A stretch of 64,000 nt of DNA, from assembly GCA_019637105.1 (NCBI GenBank), contig JAHBWF010000005.1:29611-93610 (forward strand). Reading direction: 5' to 3'. The position numbers and the translations under genes are program-made. The notes under the pieces are model-generated. The model was not told the origin of the DNA. It worked only from the letters and a program-made list of their open reading frames with translations, and did not search any database. Position 1 is the first letter of the stretch, and every line of letters starts with the position of its first letter. The DNA comes from Labilithrix sp. (lineage in GTDB: Bacteria; Myxococcota_A; Polyangia; Polyangiales; Polyangiaceae). Below are positions 51,225 through 62,096 of the stretch, in pieces.

Positions 51225-53006
51225 TCAGGTCGCGAGCGCGACGAACGCGTCCGCGAGCGCCTTCATCGTCGCGGCGGCGCGCGCCTCGGCGTCGGCGAGC
51301 GGCTCGCTCCCCTTGATCGGCTCGCGGACGTCGAAATAGAACTTCGCCTTCGGCTCGGTGCCGCTCGGCCGGGCGATGACGCGGCTGCCCGAGGCGAGCT
51401 CGAACGCGAGCACGTCGCTCTTCGGCAGATCGAGCGGGCGCTTCGTCCCGTCGGCGAGCGTCGTCTCCTGGCGGAGGAAGTCGCGCACGCTCGCGACGGC
51501 GTGCTCGCCGATCGTCCACGGCGGGTCCTCGCGGAGCCGCTGCATGATGGCCCGGAGCTCGGCGAGGCCGTGGACGCCCTTGCGCGTGAGGTTGACCTGC
51601 GAGCTCACGAAGAGCCCGTAGCGCCGGTAGAGCCCCTCGAGGTGCGCGAGCACCGTGGTCCCGCTCGCGCGGAGGACGGCGGCGAGCTCGGCGAACACGA
51701 CCGCCGCGCTGATGCCGTCCTTGTCGCGGACGAGCTCCCCCACCGTGTAGCCGAGCGCCTCCTCGAAGCCGAAGACGAAGTGCTCGCCGCTCTTCTTCTT
51801 CCGCTCGAGCGCGCGGTTCGCGATCCACTTGAACCCCGTGAGCACCTCGTCGTATTGCGCGCCGAGCGCGTGCGCGACGACGCCGAGCATCGGCGAGCTC
51901 ACGATCGAGGCGATCACCAGCGGGTCGCCGACCTTCGGCTTGATCGCGTGCTCGAGGGTCGTGAGCCCGCCGGTGAGGAGGTAGTGGCCGAGGAGGACGC
52001 CCACCTGATTGCCGGTGAGCTGCACCCAGCCGGTGGGCGAGGCCTCGCTCGGCAACGCGACGGCGAGCCGGTCGGCGTCGGGATCGTTGGCGAGGACGAG
52101 ATCGGCCTTCCGCGCGGTGGCGAGGGCGAACGCGAGGTCCATCGCGCCCTTCTCCTCCGGGTTGGGGAACTCGACCGTGGGGAACGCGCCGTCCGGCTTC
52201 TGCTGCTCCGGCACCGACACGACGTCGGTGAAGCCGGCCTGATCGAACGCGAGGCGCGCCAGCTCGTCGCCGACCCCGTGGAGCGGCGTGTACACGATCG
52301 ACAGCGACCGATCGCCGTCGGAGCGCGCGCCGAGCTTCTTCACCTCGGCGAGGTAGGCACGCTCGAGGTCCTCCCCGAGCGGCGAGACCAGGCCCTTCGC
52401 GGTCGCCTCGTCGAGCGCGAGGCGCGGGACGTCCTTCGCCGGCGGCGCGGCCTCGATGGCGCGCGCGATGCCCGCGTCGGTCGGAGGGACGATCTGCGCG
52501 CCGTTCGCCCAGTACGCCTTGTAGCCGTTGTACTCGGGCGGGTTGTGGCTCGCGGTGATCATCACGCCGGCCGCGCACCCGAGGCGCGAGACCGCGAACG
52601 CGAGCAGCGGCGTCGGGACGACGTCGTCGAAGAGCCGCGCCTTGACGCCGGCCGCCGCGAGCGCGCACGCGGTGTCCTCGGCGAGCACCTTGCTCATCCG
52701 GCGGCCGTCGTAGCCGATCGCGACGCCCTTCTCGGCCGCGGCCGCGCCGCCGGACTCGAGGAGGTAGCGGGCGAGGCCCCAGGTGGTGCGGAGGACGACG
52801 GCGCGGTTCATCCGGTTCGGCCCCGCGCCGAGGACGCCGCGGAGGCCGGCGGTGCCGAACTCGAGCGAGCCGGCGAAGCGGTCGGCGAGGTCGGTCTTCG
52901 CCGGATCGGGCGCGGCGAGCAGCCCCTCGATTTCCGCGCGCGCGGCGGGATCCGGATCGGCTTCGGCCCACGCGCGGGCCTGCTTGATGACGTCGGCGAG
53001 CTCCAT
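51225..53006 (-). CDS. Phospho-sugar mutase (phosphoglucomutase/phosphomannomutase)
   Basis: FGTAGLRG, TASHNP (phospho-Ser), DPDADR, GFEEALG and RPSGTEPK motifs; SD GGGAGG before ATG 53006. Confidence 0.96.
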   Translation of the reverse strand: MELADVIKQARAWAEADPDPAARAEIEGLLAAPDPAKTDLADRFAGSLEFGTAGLRGVLGAGPNRMNRAVVLRTTWGLARYLLESGGAAAAEKGVAIGYDGRRMSKVLAEDTACALAAAGVKARLFDDVVPTPLLAFAVSRLGCAAGVMITASHNPPEYNGYKAYWANGAQIVPPTDAGIARAIEAAPPAKDVPRLALDEATAKGLVSPLGEDLERAYLAEVKKLGARSDGDRSLSIVYTPLHGVGDELARLAFDQAGFTDVVSVPEQQKPDGAFPTVEFPNPEEKGAMDLAFALATARKADLVLANDPDADRLAVALPSEASPTGWVQLTGNQVGVLLGHYLLTGGLTTLEHAIKPKVGDPLVIASIVSSPMLGVVAHALGAQYDEVLTGFKWIANRALERKKKSGEHFVFGFEEALGYTVGELVRDKDGISAAVVFAELAAVLRASGTTVLAHLEGLYRRYGLFVSSQVNLTRKGVHGLAELRAIMQRLREDPPWTIGEHAVASVRDFLRQETTLADGTKRPLDLPKSDVLAFELASGSRVIARPSGTEPKAKFYFDVREPIKGSEPLADAEARAAATMKALADAFVALAT

Positions 53007-53110
53007 CGCCTCCCGGGTTACCACACGACGGCGAGCGCTTCACGTCCGATGCCGCCTGCGACACCGTGACCGGCGCCCGGCGGTCCCGCGCGCCGGCGCG
53101 GGCGCCGAGG

Positions 53111-54589
53111 TCAGCCCAGGTAGCGACGTCGGAGGTGCGCGATCAGCACGTCCGCGTCGAGCCCGCAGCCCGTCGCGCGCTCGAGGACGCCGTTCGTGTC
53201 GTACCGCGAGCCGTGCTGGTGGACGTGCTCGTGGGCGAAGCCCCGCAAGCTCGTGAAGTCGCCCTCGGCGAGCTCCGCGGGGATCTCGGGGTGCGCCGCC
53301 ACCGCCGCGGCGAACAGCTGCGCGGCCGCGATCGCGCCGATCGTGTAGCTCGGAAAGTAGCCGAACGCCCCCGTCGGCCAGTGGACGTCCTGGAGGCAGC
53401 CCTCGCGATCCGTCGGCGGCCGTACCCCGACGACGCGCTCCATCGCGTCGCGGAAGGCGCCGGGGAGATCCTTCACGGAGAGGTCCCCGGCGACGAGCGC
53501 GCGCTCGAGCGTGAAGCGGACGACGACGTGCAGCGGGTAGGTGGCCTCGTCGGCGTCGACGCGGACGAGGCTGCGCGCGACGCGGAGGGCGTGGCGCTCG
53601 AGCGACTCGCGAGGGAGCGTCACGCCGAGGTGGGTCGCCGCGGCGCCGGCGAGGTACCCGAGGAGCTCGGGCGTGCGCGCCGCCTGCATCTCCATCAAGA
53701 GCGACTGGCTCTCGTGCAGGCCCATCCCCGGGACGTGCCCGACCGGCTGGCGCGCCCAGGCCCGCGGCAGCCCCATCTCGTAGAGGGCGTGCCCGGTCTC
53801 GTGCACGACGCCGAGGACGCTCGAGAGGAAGTCGTCCTCGTCGTAGCGCGTGGTCATCCGCACGTCCTCGGCGGCGCCGCCGCAGAACGGGTGCACGCTG
53901 ACGTCGAGCCGGCCGCGCGTGAAGTCGAAGCCCATACGCTCCGCGACGTGCCGGCCGAGCGCGGCCTGGCGCTCGATCGAGAACGGCCCGACGAGCGGCG
54001 GAGCCGGAGCCGCGCGCGCCTGGCGCTCGACGATCGCGTCGACGAGCGGCGGCAGCTCGCGCGCGAGGCGCGCGAAGAGCGGGGCGAGCGCCTCCTCGCG
54101 CGCGCCGGGCTCGTACTCGTCCGCGAGCGCGTCGTAGACGGAGAGCCCCATCACCGAGGCCTTCGCCTCACCGACGCGCCGCGTGAGGTTCACGACCTCC
54201 TCGAGCTGCGGGAGCAGGCTCGCGAAGTCGTCCTCTCGCCGCGCCGTCCGCCACGCCAGCTCGCAGCTCGACGTCACGCGCGCCCGCGCCTCGACGAGAT
54301 CCGCCGGCACCGCCGCGGCGTGCACCCAGGCGCGTCGCATCGCGGCGACGTTGGCGCGCTCCCACGCGTCGGCGGGCGGCGCCGCCTCGGCGGCGGCGAG
54401 CAGCTCGGGCATGTCGGGCGCCGAGATCGCCTCGTGCGCGAGCAGGCGCAAGGTCCCGAGCTGCGCGGCGCGGAGGTCGCCGCCCCCCTCCGGCATGACC
54501 GCCTGGGCGTCCCACTCGAGGAGGTCCGCCGAGCTCCGGAGGAGGTAGTGACGATCGAACCGCCGGTGGAGCTCGCGGTACGCGCTCAC
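53111..54589 (-). CDS. Carboxypeptidase, M32 (Taq) family
   Basis: [38 protein letters not shown] and GCLQDVHW...GYFPSY motifs; GTGA overlap with the desaturase stop. Confidence 0.95.
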   Translation of the reverse strand: MSAYRELHRRFDRHYLLRSSADLLEWDAQAVMPEGGGDLRAAQLGTLRLLAHEAISAPDMPELLAAAEAAPPADAWERANVAAMRRAWVHAAAVPADLVEARARVTSSCELAWRTARREDDFASLLPQLEEVVNLTRRVGEAKASVMGLSVYDALADEYEPGAREEALAPLFARLARELPPLVDAIVERQARAAPAPPLVGPFSIERQAALGRHVAERMGFDFTRGRLDVSVHPFCGGAAEDVRMTTRYDEDDFLSSVLGVVHETGHALYEMGLPRAWARQPVGHVPGMGLHESQSLLMEMQAARTPELLGYLAGAAATHLGVTLPRESLERHALRVARSLVRVDADEATYPLHVVVRFTLERALVAGDLSVKDLPGAFRDAMERVVGVRPPTDREGCLQDVHWPTGAFGYFPSYTIGAIAAAQLFAAAVAAHPEIPAELAEGDFTSLRGFAHEHVHQHGSRYDTNGVLERATGCGLDADVLIAHLRRRYLG

Positions 54590-55719
54590 GCCGCCGCCTC
54601 CGCTCCTCGCGCGCGGAGGCGCTCGAGCGCCCTCGAGCCGACGCTCCGCGCGCGCTTCATCGAGGTCTTGCCGACGGCGACGTCGAGCATCTTGCGCGCG
54701 CGCGCGAGGACGCTCTCCTGCACGTACGGGATCCCGTGCTTCGCACAGAGCGCCGCGACCTTCGGCTGGATCTGGCGGTAGCGCGCCATCGGCATGTCCG
54801 GGAAGAGGTGATGCTCGATCTGGTAGTTCAGGTAGAGGTGCGCGTAGTCGACGAGCTCCGAGCCCGTCCGGTAGTTGACCGAGCCGAGCACCTGCCGCAC
54901 CGCGGCCTCCGCCTTCGAGCGCGCCGGCTCGTCGAAGCGATAGAGGTCGTCGCCGGAGTGGTTGGGCCCGACGACGAGGAACGTGTGGAGGTTGGCGAGC
55001 GCCTCCGCGCCGAGCGAGTTCACGAGCGCGCTCGCCACCGCGAGCGGCCCGAGCGGCGCGTAGAGCGCCGGGAGCGCGACGAACTGCACGAGCGTGTACG
55101 GCGCGTAGCACCGGCCGATCAGCGTGGCGAGGTAGCCGGGCGGCGCGGCGGCGCCGTCGCGCCCGCGCGCGAGCCAGGCGCGGATCGTCGTCGGCGCGTA
55201 GTACGAGGCGCGCCAGGTCACCGCGAGGAGGCCCATCGCGACGTACTTGAGCGCGACGGGGACGTCCGCGTCGCGGAGCCCCTCGGTGTTGCGCTCGATG
55301 AGGTCGGGGTCGCGGAGCTCCCCCGTGTTCGTGTGGTGGAGCACGTTGTGCTCGTACTTCCAGGCGTCGGGCAGCATCCAGTCGGGCCAGTCGAGCATCC
55401 GCCGCCAGCCCGCGGCGAAGCCGCGGCTCGTGTGCCGCTCGGGGATGCCCGGGACGCGGTCGTAGCCGCGGTGCCCGACGTGGTGCATGAGGAGCCAGCT
55501 CGTGGAGCGCCCGAGCGCGAGCGCCGCCATGCTGACGGGGTTCGGCGCCCACGCCGTCGCGAGGCCGAGCGCGGTCGCCGCGCGGCCGGCGCGCTCGATC
55601 CAGCGCACGTGGGCGACGTCCTCCTCGCCGTACGACGACTCGACCTCGAGCCGGATGGCGCGGAGCTCGCGGAAGAACGCGTCGCAGTCGATCGTCCCGG
55701 GGTCGAAGGTCGGGTCCAA
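54586..55719 (-). CDS. Membrane fatty acid desaturase family protein
   Basis: His boxes HHVGH, HNVLHH and QIEHHLFP; TTG start 8 nt after TAGGCT. Confidence 0.92.
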   Translation of the reverse strand: MDPTFDPGTIDCDAFFRELRAIRLEVESSYGEEDVAHVRWIERAGRAATALGLATAWAPNPVSMAALALGRSTSWLLMHHVGHRGYDRVPGIPERHTSRGFAAGWRRMLDWPDWMLPDAWKYEHNVLHHTNTGELRDPDLIERNTEGLRDADVPVALKYVAMGLLAVTWRASYYAPTTIRAWLARGRDGAAAPPGYLATLIGRCYAPYTLVQFVALPALYAPLGPLAVASALVNSLGAEALANLHTFLVVGPNHSGDDLYRFDEPARSKAEAAVRQVLGSVNYRTGSELVDYAHLYLNYQIEHHLFPDMPMARYRQIQPKVAALCAKHGIPYVQESVLARARKMLDVAVGKTSMKRARSVGSRALERLRARGAEAAA

Positions 55720-55732
55720 GGCGGAGCAGCCT

Positions 55733-55936
55733 AGTACCCGGACGCCATGATTTCGACCGCTTCGTTCCGCCCCCCACCACGAGCGAGGGGGCGCAACGAA
55801 CCTCCCATCGCACGGTCACGCGTCCTGGAGTGTCTTTTCCGTGATCGTACCTCGACGCATCGATCGCGATGCGTCGAAGTACCCGGACGCCATGATTTCG
55901 ACCGGTTCGTTCCGCCCCCACGACGAGCGAGGGGCG
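55733..55936. repeat. Imperfect ~60-bp direct repeat with an intervening perfect hairpin
   Basis: AGTACCCGGACGCCATGATTTCGACCG(C/G)TTCGTTCCGCCCC...ACGAGCGAGGGGCG at 55733-55793 and 55878-55936; 11-bp inverted repeat at 55852-55877. Confidence 0.85.
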
Positions 55937-56244
55937 ATGGGCGCGCTGTATACCGCGATCACGTTGGGGTTCGGTTGGGGTTCGAGAGACGGATCGCCGC
56001 GTGACGCTTTCGACCGCCGTTCGACCCATCCCAACCTGGGGAGTGCGACGAGGACGGTGGATCCGCTTTCTATTCTCACTCGTCGGATCCGAGCTGCCCT
56101 CCCCGACCTAGAGCATTCTCCGCGCGGCAACGACTCGAGAGTCAGGGAAGTTCAGGATGAGCCCGTGGGGTGAAGGGAGCTCGATGCCGGCGTTTTTCCC
56201 TCCCCCGCGTGTAAGGTTCCGTCGCCGTCAGGGACTATCTCTGA

Positions 56245-56772
56245 TGTGGAAACTGCGATGCCCTCACAGCGCCGCCGGAAGGACGCCTCCTTGCTGTACT
56301 GAAGGTCCACGCGCCGGCGCTCTCGCGACTCGCGGCGAGCTACACGCGGTCGACGGACGAGCGCGAGGACCTGCTCCAGGACATCGCGCTCGCGCTCCAT
56401 CTCGCACTGCCGTCGTTTCGCGGCGACGCCAGCGAGCGTACCTTTGTGCTCCGCGTCGCGCACAACCGAGCCATCACGTTCGCGGCGAGGCGAGGCGCGG
56501 CGGTTGACATCGCCGATCACGAGGACGCCCTGGTCGCCTCGTCGGGCAAGAACCCGGAGCTTCGCTTCGAGCGCGCCGAGCGCGGACAGCGCCTGCTCGC
56601 CGCCGTGCGCACGCTGCCCCTGACCCACCGACAAGTGATGACGATGCTGCTCGAAGGCCTCGCGCATCGCGAGATCGCCGAGGTGCTCGGCGTGACGGAG
56701 AACGTCGTCGCCGTCCGCGCGAACCGCGCGCGAGCCGCGCTGAAGGTCCTGTTGGAAGGAGAAGGATCATGA
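56245..56772 (+). pseudogene. ECF sigma factor with no in-frame canonical start (frameshifted 5' end or non-AUG start)
   Basis: Frame after TGA 56242-56244 reads ...LLAVLKVHAPALSRLAASY...EDLLQDIALAL...SFRGDASERTFVLRVAHN...LPLTHRQVMTMLLEGLAHREIAEVLGVTENVVAVR. The first in-frame ATG/GTG/TTG is GTG 56446, inside region 2. Confidence 0.65.
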
Positions 56773-57374
56773 CGAACGAAGAGCGTGAGCTCGCTGGATG
56801 GCAAGCCGAGTGGAGCGAGATTGCGGACGTGCCCGCGTTCGAACGGGCAATCGGCGCGCGCGTCGCACGCGATCGACGGCGCCTCCTCGTCGCGGCGGCG
56901 GGCGAAGTCGGCGGGGCGATCCTCGGAATCGCCGTCATCGCCTGGCTCCTCGCGCGCACGCACGGCTCAGCATTCATCCTTTCGGTGACGATTCCGCTTC
57001 TCGTCTTTCTCGGCGCCTGGCTGACTCGCTTCTTCGAGATGCGCCGCGGTCTGTTCCGGGCCCCGGGAGAGAGCGTCGCTGCGTTCATAGAGCTGACCCG
57101 GAAGCGACTTGCGGCCGAGATCGAGTGGATGCGCTTCGCGAGGCGCTCGACGACGATCCTCGGGATCGCGGTCGTGTTCTGGGCGGCGTGGGCCTTCGTC
57201 AAATATTTCGACGAATACACCGCCGAACCGTGGCGCGCGGTCGTGGGCTTCGGCGGTGCGGTGATCATCCTCGCCGGGCTCGCGTGGTGGATCCCGCGCA
57301 AGCAGGCACGCCTCACGGGAGAGCTCGCGCGCTTCGAAGAGGTCGTCGGTCGAGCGAGCCTCGACGTGAGTTGA
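56769..57374 (+). CDS. Multi-TM membrane protein, putative anti-sigma factor
   Basis: ATGA overlap with the sigma stop; N-terminal amphipathic helix (ELAGWQAEW) followed by about 4 hydrophobic segments. Confidence 0.8.
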   Translation: MTNEERELAGWQAEWSEIADVPAFERAIGARVARDRRRLLVAAAGEVGGAILGIAVIAWLLARTHGSAFILSVTIPLLVFLGAWLTRFFEMRRGLFRAPGESVAAFIELTRKRLAAEIEWMRFARRSTTILGIAVVFWAAWAFVKYFDEYTAEPWRAVVGFGGAVIILAGLAWWIPRKQARLTGELARFEEVVGRASLDVS

Positions 57375-57519
57375 GGGTCCCTCGGCCCACTGCTGCGCGC
57401 GCGCTGAATACCGTTAAAGGAGGAGCCGCCGAACCGGAAACCTCCGATCCAGCGGCCTTCTGGTTGCGCGGGGCGCAACGAACCGCGAGACCGCGCGAGC
57501 GTCGGCTCGCGGGGCGGCC

Positions 57520-58635
<1,116 letters not shown>

Positions 58636-58689
58636 GATGCCCCTCTTTACCAGAGAGGCAGAGGCGCCGCGACCTCGGCCGCCGGGCGA

Positions 58690-60318
58690 TCACTTCTCGA
58701 GCTGTCGCATGCCCGGCGCCTCGCGGCCCGTCGCCGCGACGTACTCGTCGTAGGGGCCGCCGTAGACGTGCGGCCCCTGCGGCGTGAGCTCGAGGATCCG
58801 CGTCGCGATCGCGCGGAGGAACGCGCGGTCGTGCGAGACGAAGACGATGGTGCCCTCGTACGCCGAGAGCGCCTTGACGAGCGCGCGCTTCGTCACGATG
58901 TCGAGGTGGTTGGTCGGCTCGTCGAGGACGAGCAGGTTCGGCGCGTCGAAGAGGATCTTCGCGAGCGCGAGGCGCGCGCGCTCGCCGCCGGAGAGGACGC
59001 GGATCGGCTTGTCGTGGTCGTCGCCGTGGAAGCCGAACGCGCCGGCCAGGTTGCGCAGCGTGCCGAGGTTCGTCGTGGGGCTGTGCGCGACGAGCTCCTC
59101 GATCACGGACCGGTCGGCCGAGAGCTGCTCCATCTGGTGCTGGGCGAAGTAGCCCATCGTGACGGAGGCGCCGATGGTGACCTTGCCCTCGTCGGGCTCG
59201 AGCGCGTCGGCCATCATCTTGAGGAGCGTGGTCTTGCCGGAGCCGTTCTCGCCCATCACCGCCCAGCGCTCGGTCCGCCGGACGAGGAGGTTCAGGCCGT
59301 CGTGGATCGCGCGGTCGCCGTAGGACTTCTTGACGCCCTCGACCTTGATGACGTCGTCGCCGCTGCGGGGCGCGGGCCGGAAGTCGAACGTCTTCTCGAT
59401 GATCCGGCGCGGCGGCTCGACCTTCTCGATCTTCTCGAGCTTCTTCACGCGCGACTGCACCTGCGCGGCGTGGCTCGCGCGCGCCTTGAAGCGCTCGATG
59501 AACGCCTTCTCCTTCGCGAGCATCGCCTGCTGGCGCTCGTACTGCGCCTGCTGCTGCGCCGCGGCGAGCGCGCGCTGCTGCTCGTAGAAGTCGTAGTCGC
59601 CCGAGTAGCTCTTCACCTCGCCGCCGTCGAGCTCGACGATCTTCTTCACGACGCGGTTCATGACGTCGCGGTCGTGGCACGTCATGAGGACGGAGCCCTG
59701 GTAGTCGCGGAGGAAGCCCTCGAGCCAGAGGATCGACTCGATGTCGAGGTAGTTGGTCGGCTCGTCGAGGAGGAGCGCGTCCGGACGCGCGAGGAGGATC
59801 TGCGCGAGGGCGACGCGCATCTTCCAGCCGCCGGAGAGCTCGCCGACGTCGCCGGCGACCTGCGCGGCCGAGAAGCCGAGGCCGGCGAGGATGGCGTGGG
59901 CGCGCGCCTCGAGGTCGTAGCCGCCGAGCTCCTGGTAGCGCGCCTGGACGTCGCCGAAGCGCTCGACGGCGTCGTTGAAGCCCGGGTCCTCGGGATCGGC
60001 GAGCTTGGCCTCGAGCTCCTTCAGCTCCTCGCCGAGCCGGCCCGCCTCGCCCGCGCCCGAGAGCGTCTCCGCCATGACGCTGCGCCCCTTGAGATCCCCG
60101 ACGTCCTGACGGAAGTAGCCGATGGTCGTGCGCTTCGGCCGGTCGACCACCCCGTCGTCGGGCTGCTCCTCGCCGGTGATCAGGCGGAAGACCGTGCTCT
60201 TGCCTGCGCCGTTGGGGCCGACGAGCCCGACCTTCTCGCCGTCGCCGAGGTGGAAGCTCGCCTCGAGGAAGAGGATCTGACCGCCGTACTGCTTCGAGAC
60301 GTTCGAGAACGAGATCAT
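58690..60318 (-). CDS. ABC-F family ATP-binding protein
   Basis: Two ABC cassettes (GPNGAGKS/LSGGW/LLDEPTN and GENGSGKT/LSGGE/LDEPTNHLD), no TM segments; start ATG 60318 (MISFSNVSK). Confidence 0.95.
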   Translation of the reverse strand: MISFSNVSKQYGGQILFLEASFHLGDGEKVGLVGPNGAGKSTVFRLITGEEQPDDGVVDRPKRTTIGYFRQDVGDLKGRSVMAETLSGAGEAGRLGEELKELEAKLADPEDPGFNDAVERFGDVQARYQELGGYDLEARAHAILAGLGFSAAQVAGDVGELSGGWKMRVALAQILLARPDALLLDEPTNYLDIESILWLEGFLRDYQGSVLMTCHDRDVMNRVVKKIVELDGGEVKSYSGDYDFYEQQRALAAAQQQAQYERQQAMLAKEKAFIERFKARASHAAQVQSRVKKLEKIEKVEPPRRIIEKTFDFRPAPRSGDDVIKVEGVKKSYGDRAIHDGLNLLVRRTERWAVMGENGSGKTTLLKMMADALEPDEGKVTIGASVTMGYFAQHQMEQLSADRSVIEELVAHSPTTNLGTLRNLAGAFGFHGDDHDKPIRVLSGGERARLALAKILFDAPNLLVLDEPTNHLDIVTKRALVKALSAYEGTIVFVSHDRAFLRAIATRILELTPQGPHVYGGPYDEYVAATGREAPGMRQLEK

Positions 60319-60415
60319 GGAAAGACGGGGCTCAATAGCACGACGTCGAGCCGTCCGCGCTGCGCGATCGTCGAGGCGCCAAAGACGAGCTCGCGCGGCG
60401 CCGACGACGACGTCG

Positions 60416-61207
60416 CTACGAGCGCCGGCGCGACGCGAACGCTCGTATGGCGTCGCGCGTGGCGAGGGGCGCGGCGAGCGCGCTGACGCTGCGCGCCTCG
60501 CGATCGAGCTGCTCGACCAGCTCCGAGCTCGAGCTCTCGAGCAAGAGCCGCTTCGTCGCGCCGAGGGCCGCCGTCGGGAGCTTCGAGAGCTCGCCGGCGA
60601 CGGCGCGCGCGCGATCGAGGAGAGCACCGTCGTCGACCACCTCGGTCACGAGCCCCCAGTCGAGGGCGAGCTCCGCGCCCAGCACCCGGTTCGTGAGGAC
60701 GAGCTCCTGCGCGCGCCTCGTCCCGACGAGGCGCGGCAAGAGCCACGTCGAGCCCGCGTCCGGTGACAGGCCGATCGCCGTGTAGGCCGAGCGAAACGTC
60801 GCCGAGCGCGCCGCGATGCAGATGTCGCCCGCGACGGCGAGGGCGAGCCCCGCTCCGGCGGCGGCGCCGTTCACGGCGGTGACGAGCGGCGCCTGCATCC
60901 GCGCGAACGATCCGAGCGCCGCGTGCAGGTACATCGTCAGCTCGCGGAGCGCCTTCGGGAGATCGTCTCCCGACGAGACGAAGCTCCGTACGTCCCCACC
61001 GGCGCAGAAGCGACTCCCCGCGCCGGAGAGGATGACCGCGCCGGCTCCCCCGTCGATCTCGAGGCTCCGCGCCGCGTCGGCGAGGCTCCGCGCCATCGCG
61101 AGGTCGATGGCGTTGGCGCTCTCCTCGCGCGCGAGCGTGATCTCGACGACGCCACCTTCGCGGCGTTCGACGCGCAGGGGAGGCGGCGAGGTCTGGGGCT
61201 CGTTCAC
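60416..61207 (-). CDS. Enoyl-CoA hydratase/isomerase family protein
   Basis: ANAIDLAM, FCAGGDV, AVNGAAAGAG and IGLSPDAGSTWLLPRLVG motifs; GTGA overlap with the TetR stop. Confidence 0.92.
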   Translation of the reverse strand: MNEPQTSPPPLRVERREGGVVEITLAREESANAIDLAMARSLADAARSLEIDGGAGAVILSGAGSRFCAGGDVRSFVSSGDDLPKALRELTMYLHAALGSFARMQAPLVTAVNGAAAGAGLALAVAGDICIAARSATFRSAYTAIGLSPDAGSTWLLPRLVGTRRAQELVLTNRVLGAELALDWGLVTEVVDDGALLDRARAVAGELSKLPTAALGATKRLLLESSSSELVEQLDREARSVSALAAPLATRDAIRAFASRRRS

Positions 61208-61899
61208 TTCTTGCTCCCGACGGCCCGCTTGGGCGGCCTCTTCGCGCCCTCCGTCGCCGGCGCGCCCGCTCGTCCGCTCACGCCTCCGACGACGCCGAGG
61301 GCGGTGTCTCCGTAGTGGAAGACGATCTCGTCCTCCGAGAGCGGCCCGTCCGGCCGGTACCACATCGACACGCCGATCCCCATCTGCAGGATCGCGTAAG
61401 CCGACAGGAGCGGAGAGCGCGTGGTGAAGACGCCCTCCTCGACGCCGCGCTCGATGAGCGCCACGAACATCCTCGAGTACTCGCGACGCAGCTTCGTGAT
61501 CGCGCTCCGGTGCGGCTCTTCGAGCGCGGGGATCTCGTGGTTGCCGATGCGAACCTCCCGGGGATGGCGGGCGTGGTAGCGGACGTGGGCCTCGGCGGCT
61601 CGGCGAAGCTTGAGGACGGTGTCGTCCGTACCCGCCATCGCCGAGCGCACGACCTTGAGGAGGTCGTTCATGGTCTCGACCATGACGTCCCGCAGGATCT
61701 CCTGCTTCGCCGAGACGTGGTTGTAGAGGCTCGGGGCGCGGAGATGCAGGGCCGCGGCGATGTCCTTCATCGACGTGCCGTGGTAGCCGCGCTCGGCGAA
61801 GAGGGTGAGCGCGGCGTCGTGGACGTCGATGCTCCTCTCGCTGCGCGTCCGATCGCCGCGCGTCCGAGCCCCTCGAGCTGCGCTCTCGTTCTTCGGCAT
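61204..61899 (-). CDS. TetR/AcrR family regulator (KstR2-like C-terminus)
   Basis: ALTLFAERGYHGTSMKDIAAALHLRAPSLYNHVSAKQEIL helix-turn-helix; SD GGAGAG before ATG 61899. Confidence 0.93.
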   Translation of the reverse strand: MPKNESAARGARTRGDRTRSERSIDVHDAALTLFAERGYHGTSMKDIAAALHLRAPSLYNHVSAKQEILRDVMVETMNDLLKVVRSAMAGTDDTVLKLRRAAEAHVRYHARHPREVRIGNHEIPALEEPHRSAITKLRREYSRMFVALIERGVEEGVFTTRSPLLSAYAILQMGIGVSMWYRPDGPLSEDEIVFHYGDTALGVVGGVSGRAGAPATEGAKRPPKRAVGSKK

Positions 61900-61964
61900 G
61901 AGCTCTCCATTTTTCGCACCCGAGACACGGCCCGGCAACCGCTTTTCGCGACCGACGTCCATCA

Positions 61965-62069
61965 TACGAACATTCATTCGTACCATCGACACGTTGCGTC
62001 AACGTTAAACGCCTTGATCGATGAGAAACATGACGTCATGGTGACGTTACGAACTAACAGTCGTTCGTA
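61965..62069. promoter_or_regulatory. Candidate TetR operator palindromes in the divergent intergenic region
   Basis: TACGAA-6-TTCGTA (61965-61982) and TACGAAC-8-GTTCGTA (62048-62069). Confidence 0.55.
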
Positions 62070-62096
62070 TGGCGTGACGACGCAGCAGGAGGTCCC

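Noticed and set aside
55733-55936. Repeat-spacer-repeat as a possible CRISPR array
   Set aside because: Only two imperfect ~60-bp copies with an ~85-nt gap, and no cas genes.
55960-56060. GTTCGA-containing stretch resembling a tRNA T-loop
   Set aside because: No paired T-stem, acceptor stem or anticodon arm could be built.
60319-60627. N-terminal extension of the ABC-F ORF in the track; similar extensions on the gltD, M32, FMO, SGNH, ECH and TetR ORFs
   Set aside because: The extensions overlap neighbouring genes and are low-complexity. Starts were moved to codons with SD, stop/start overlap or -10 support.
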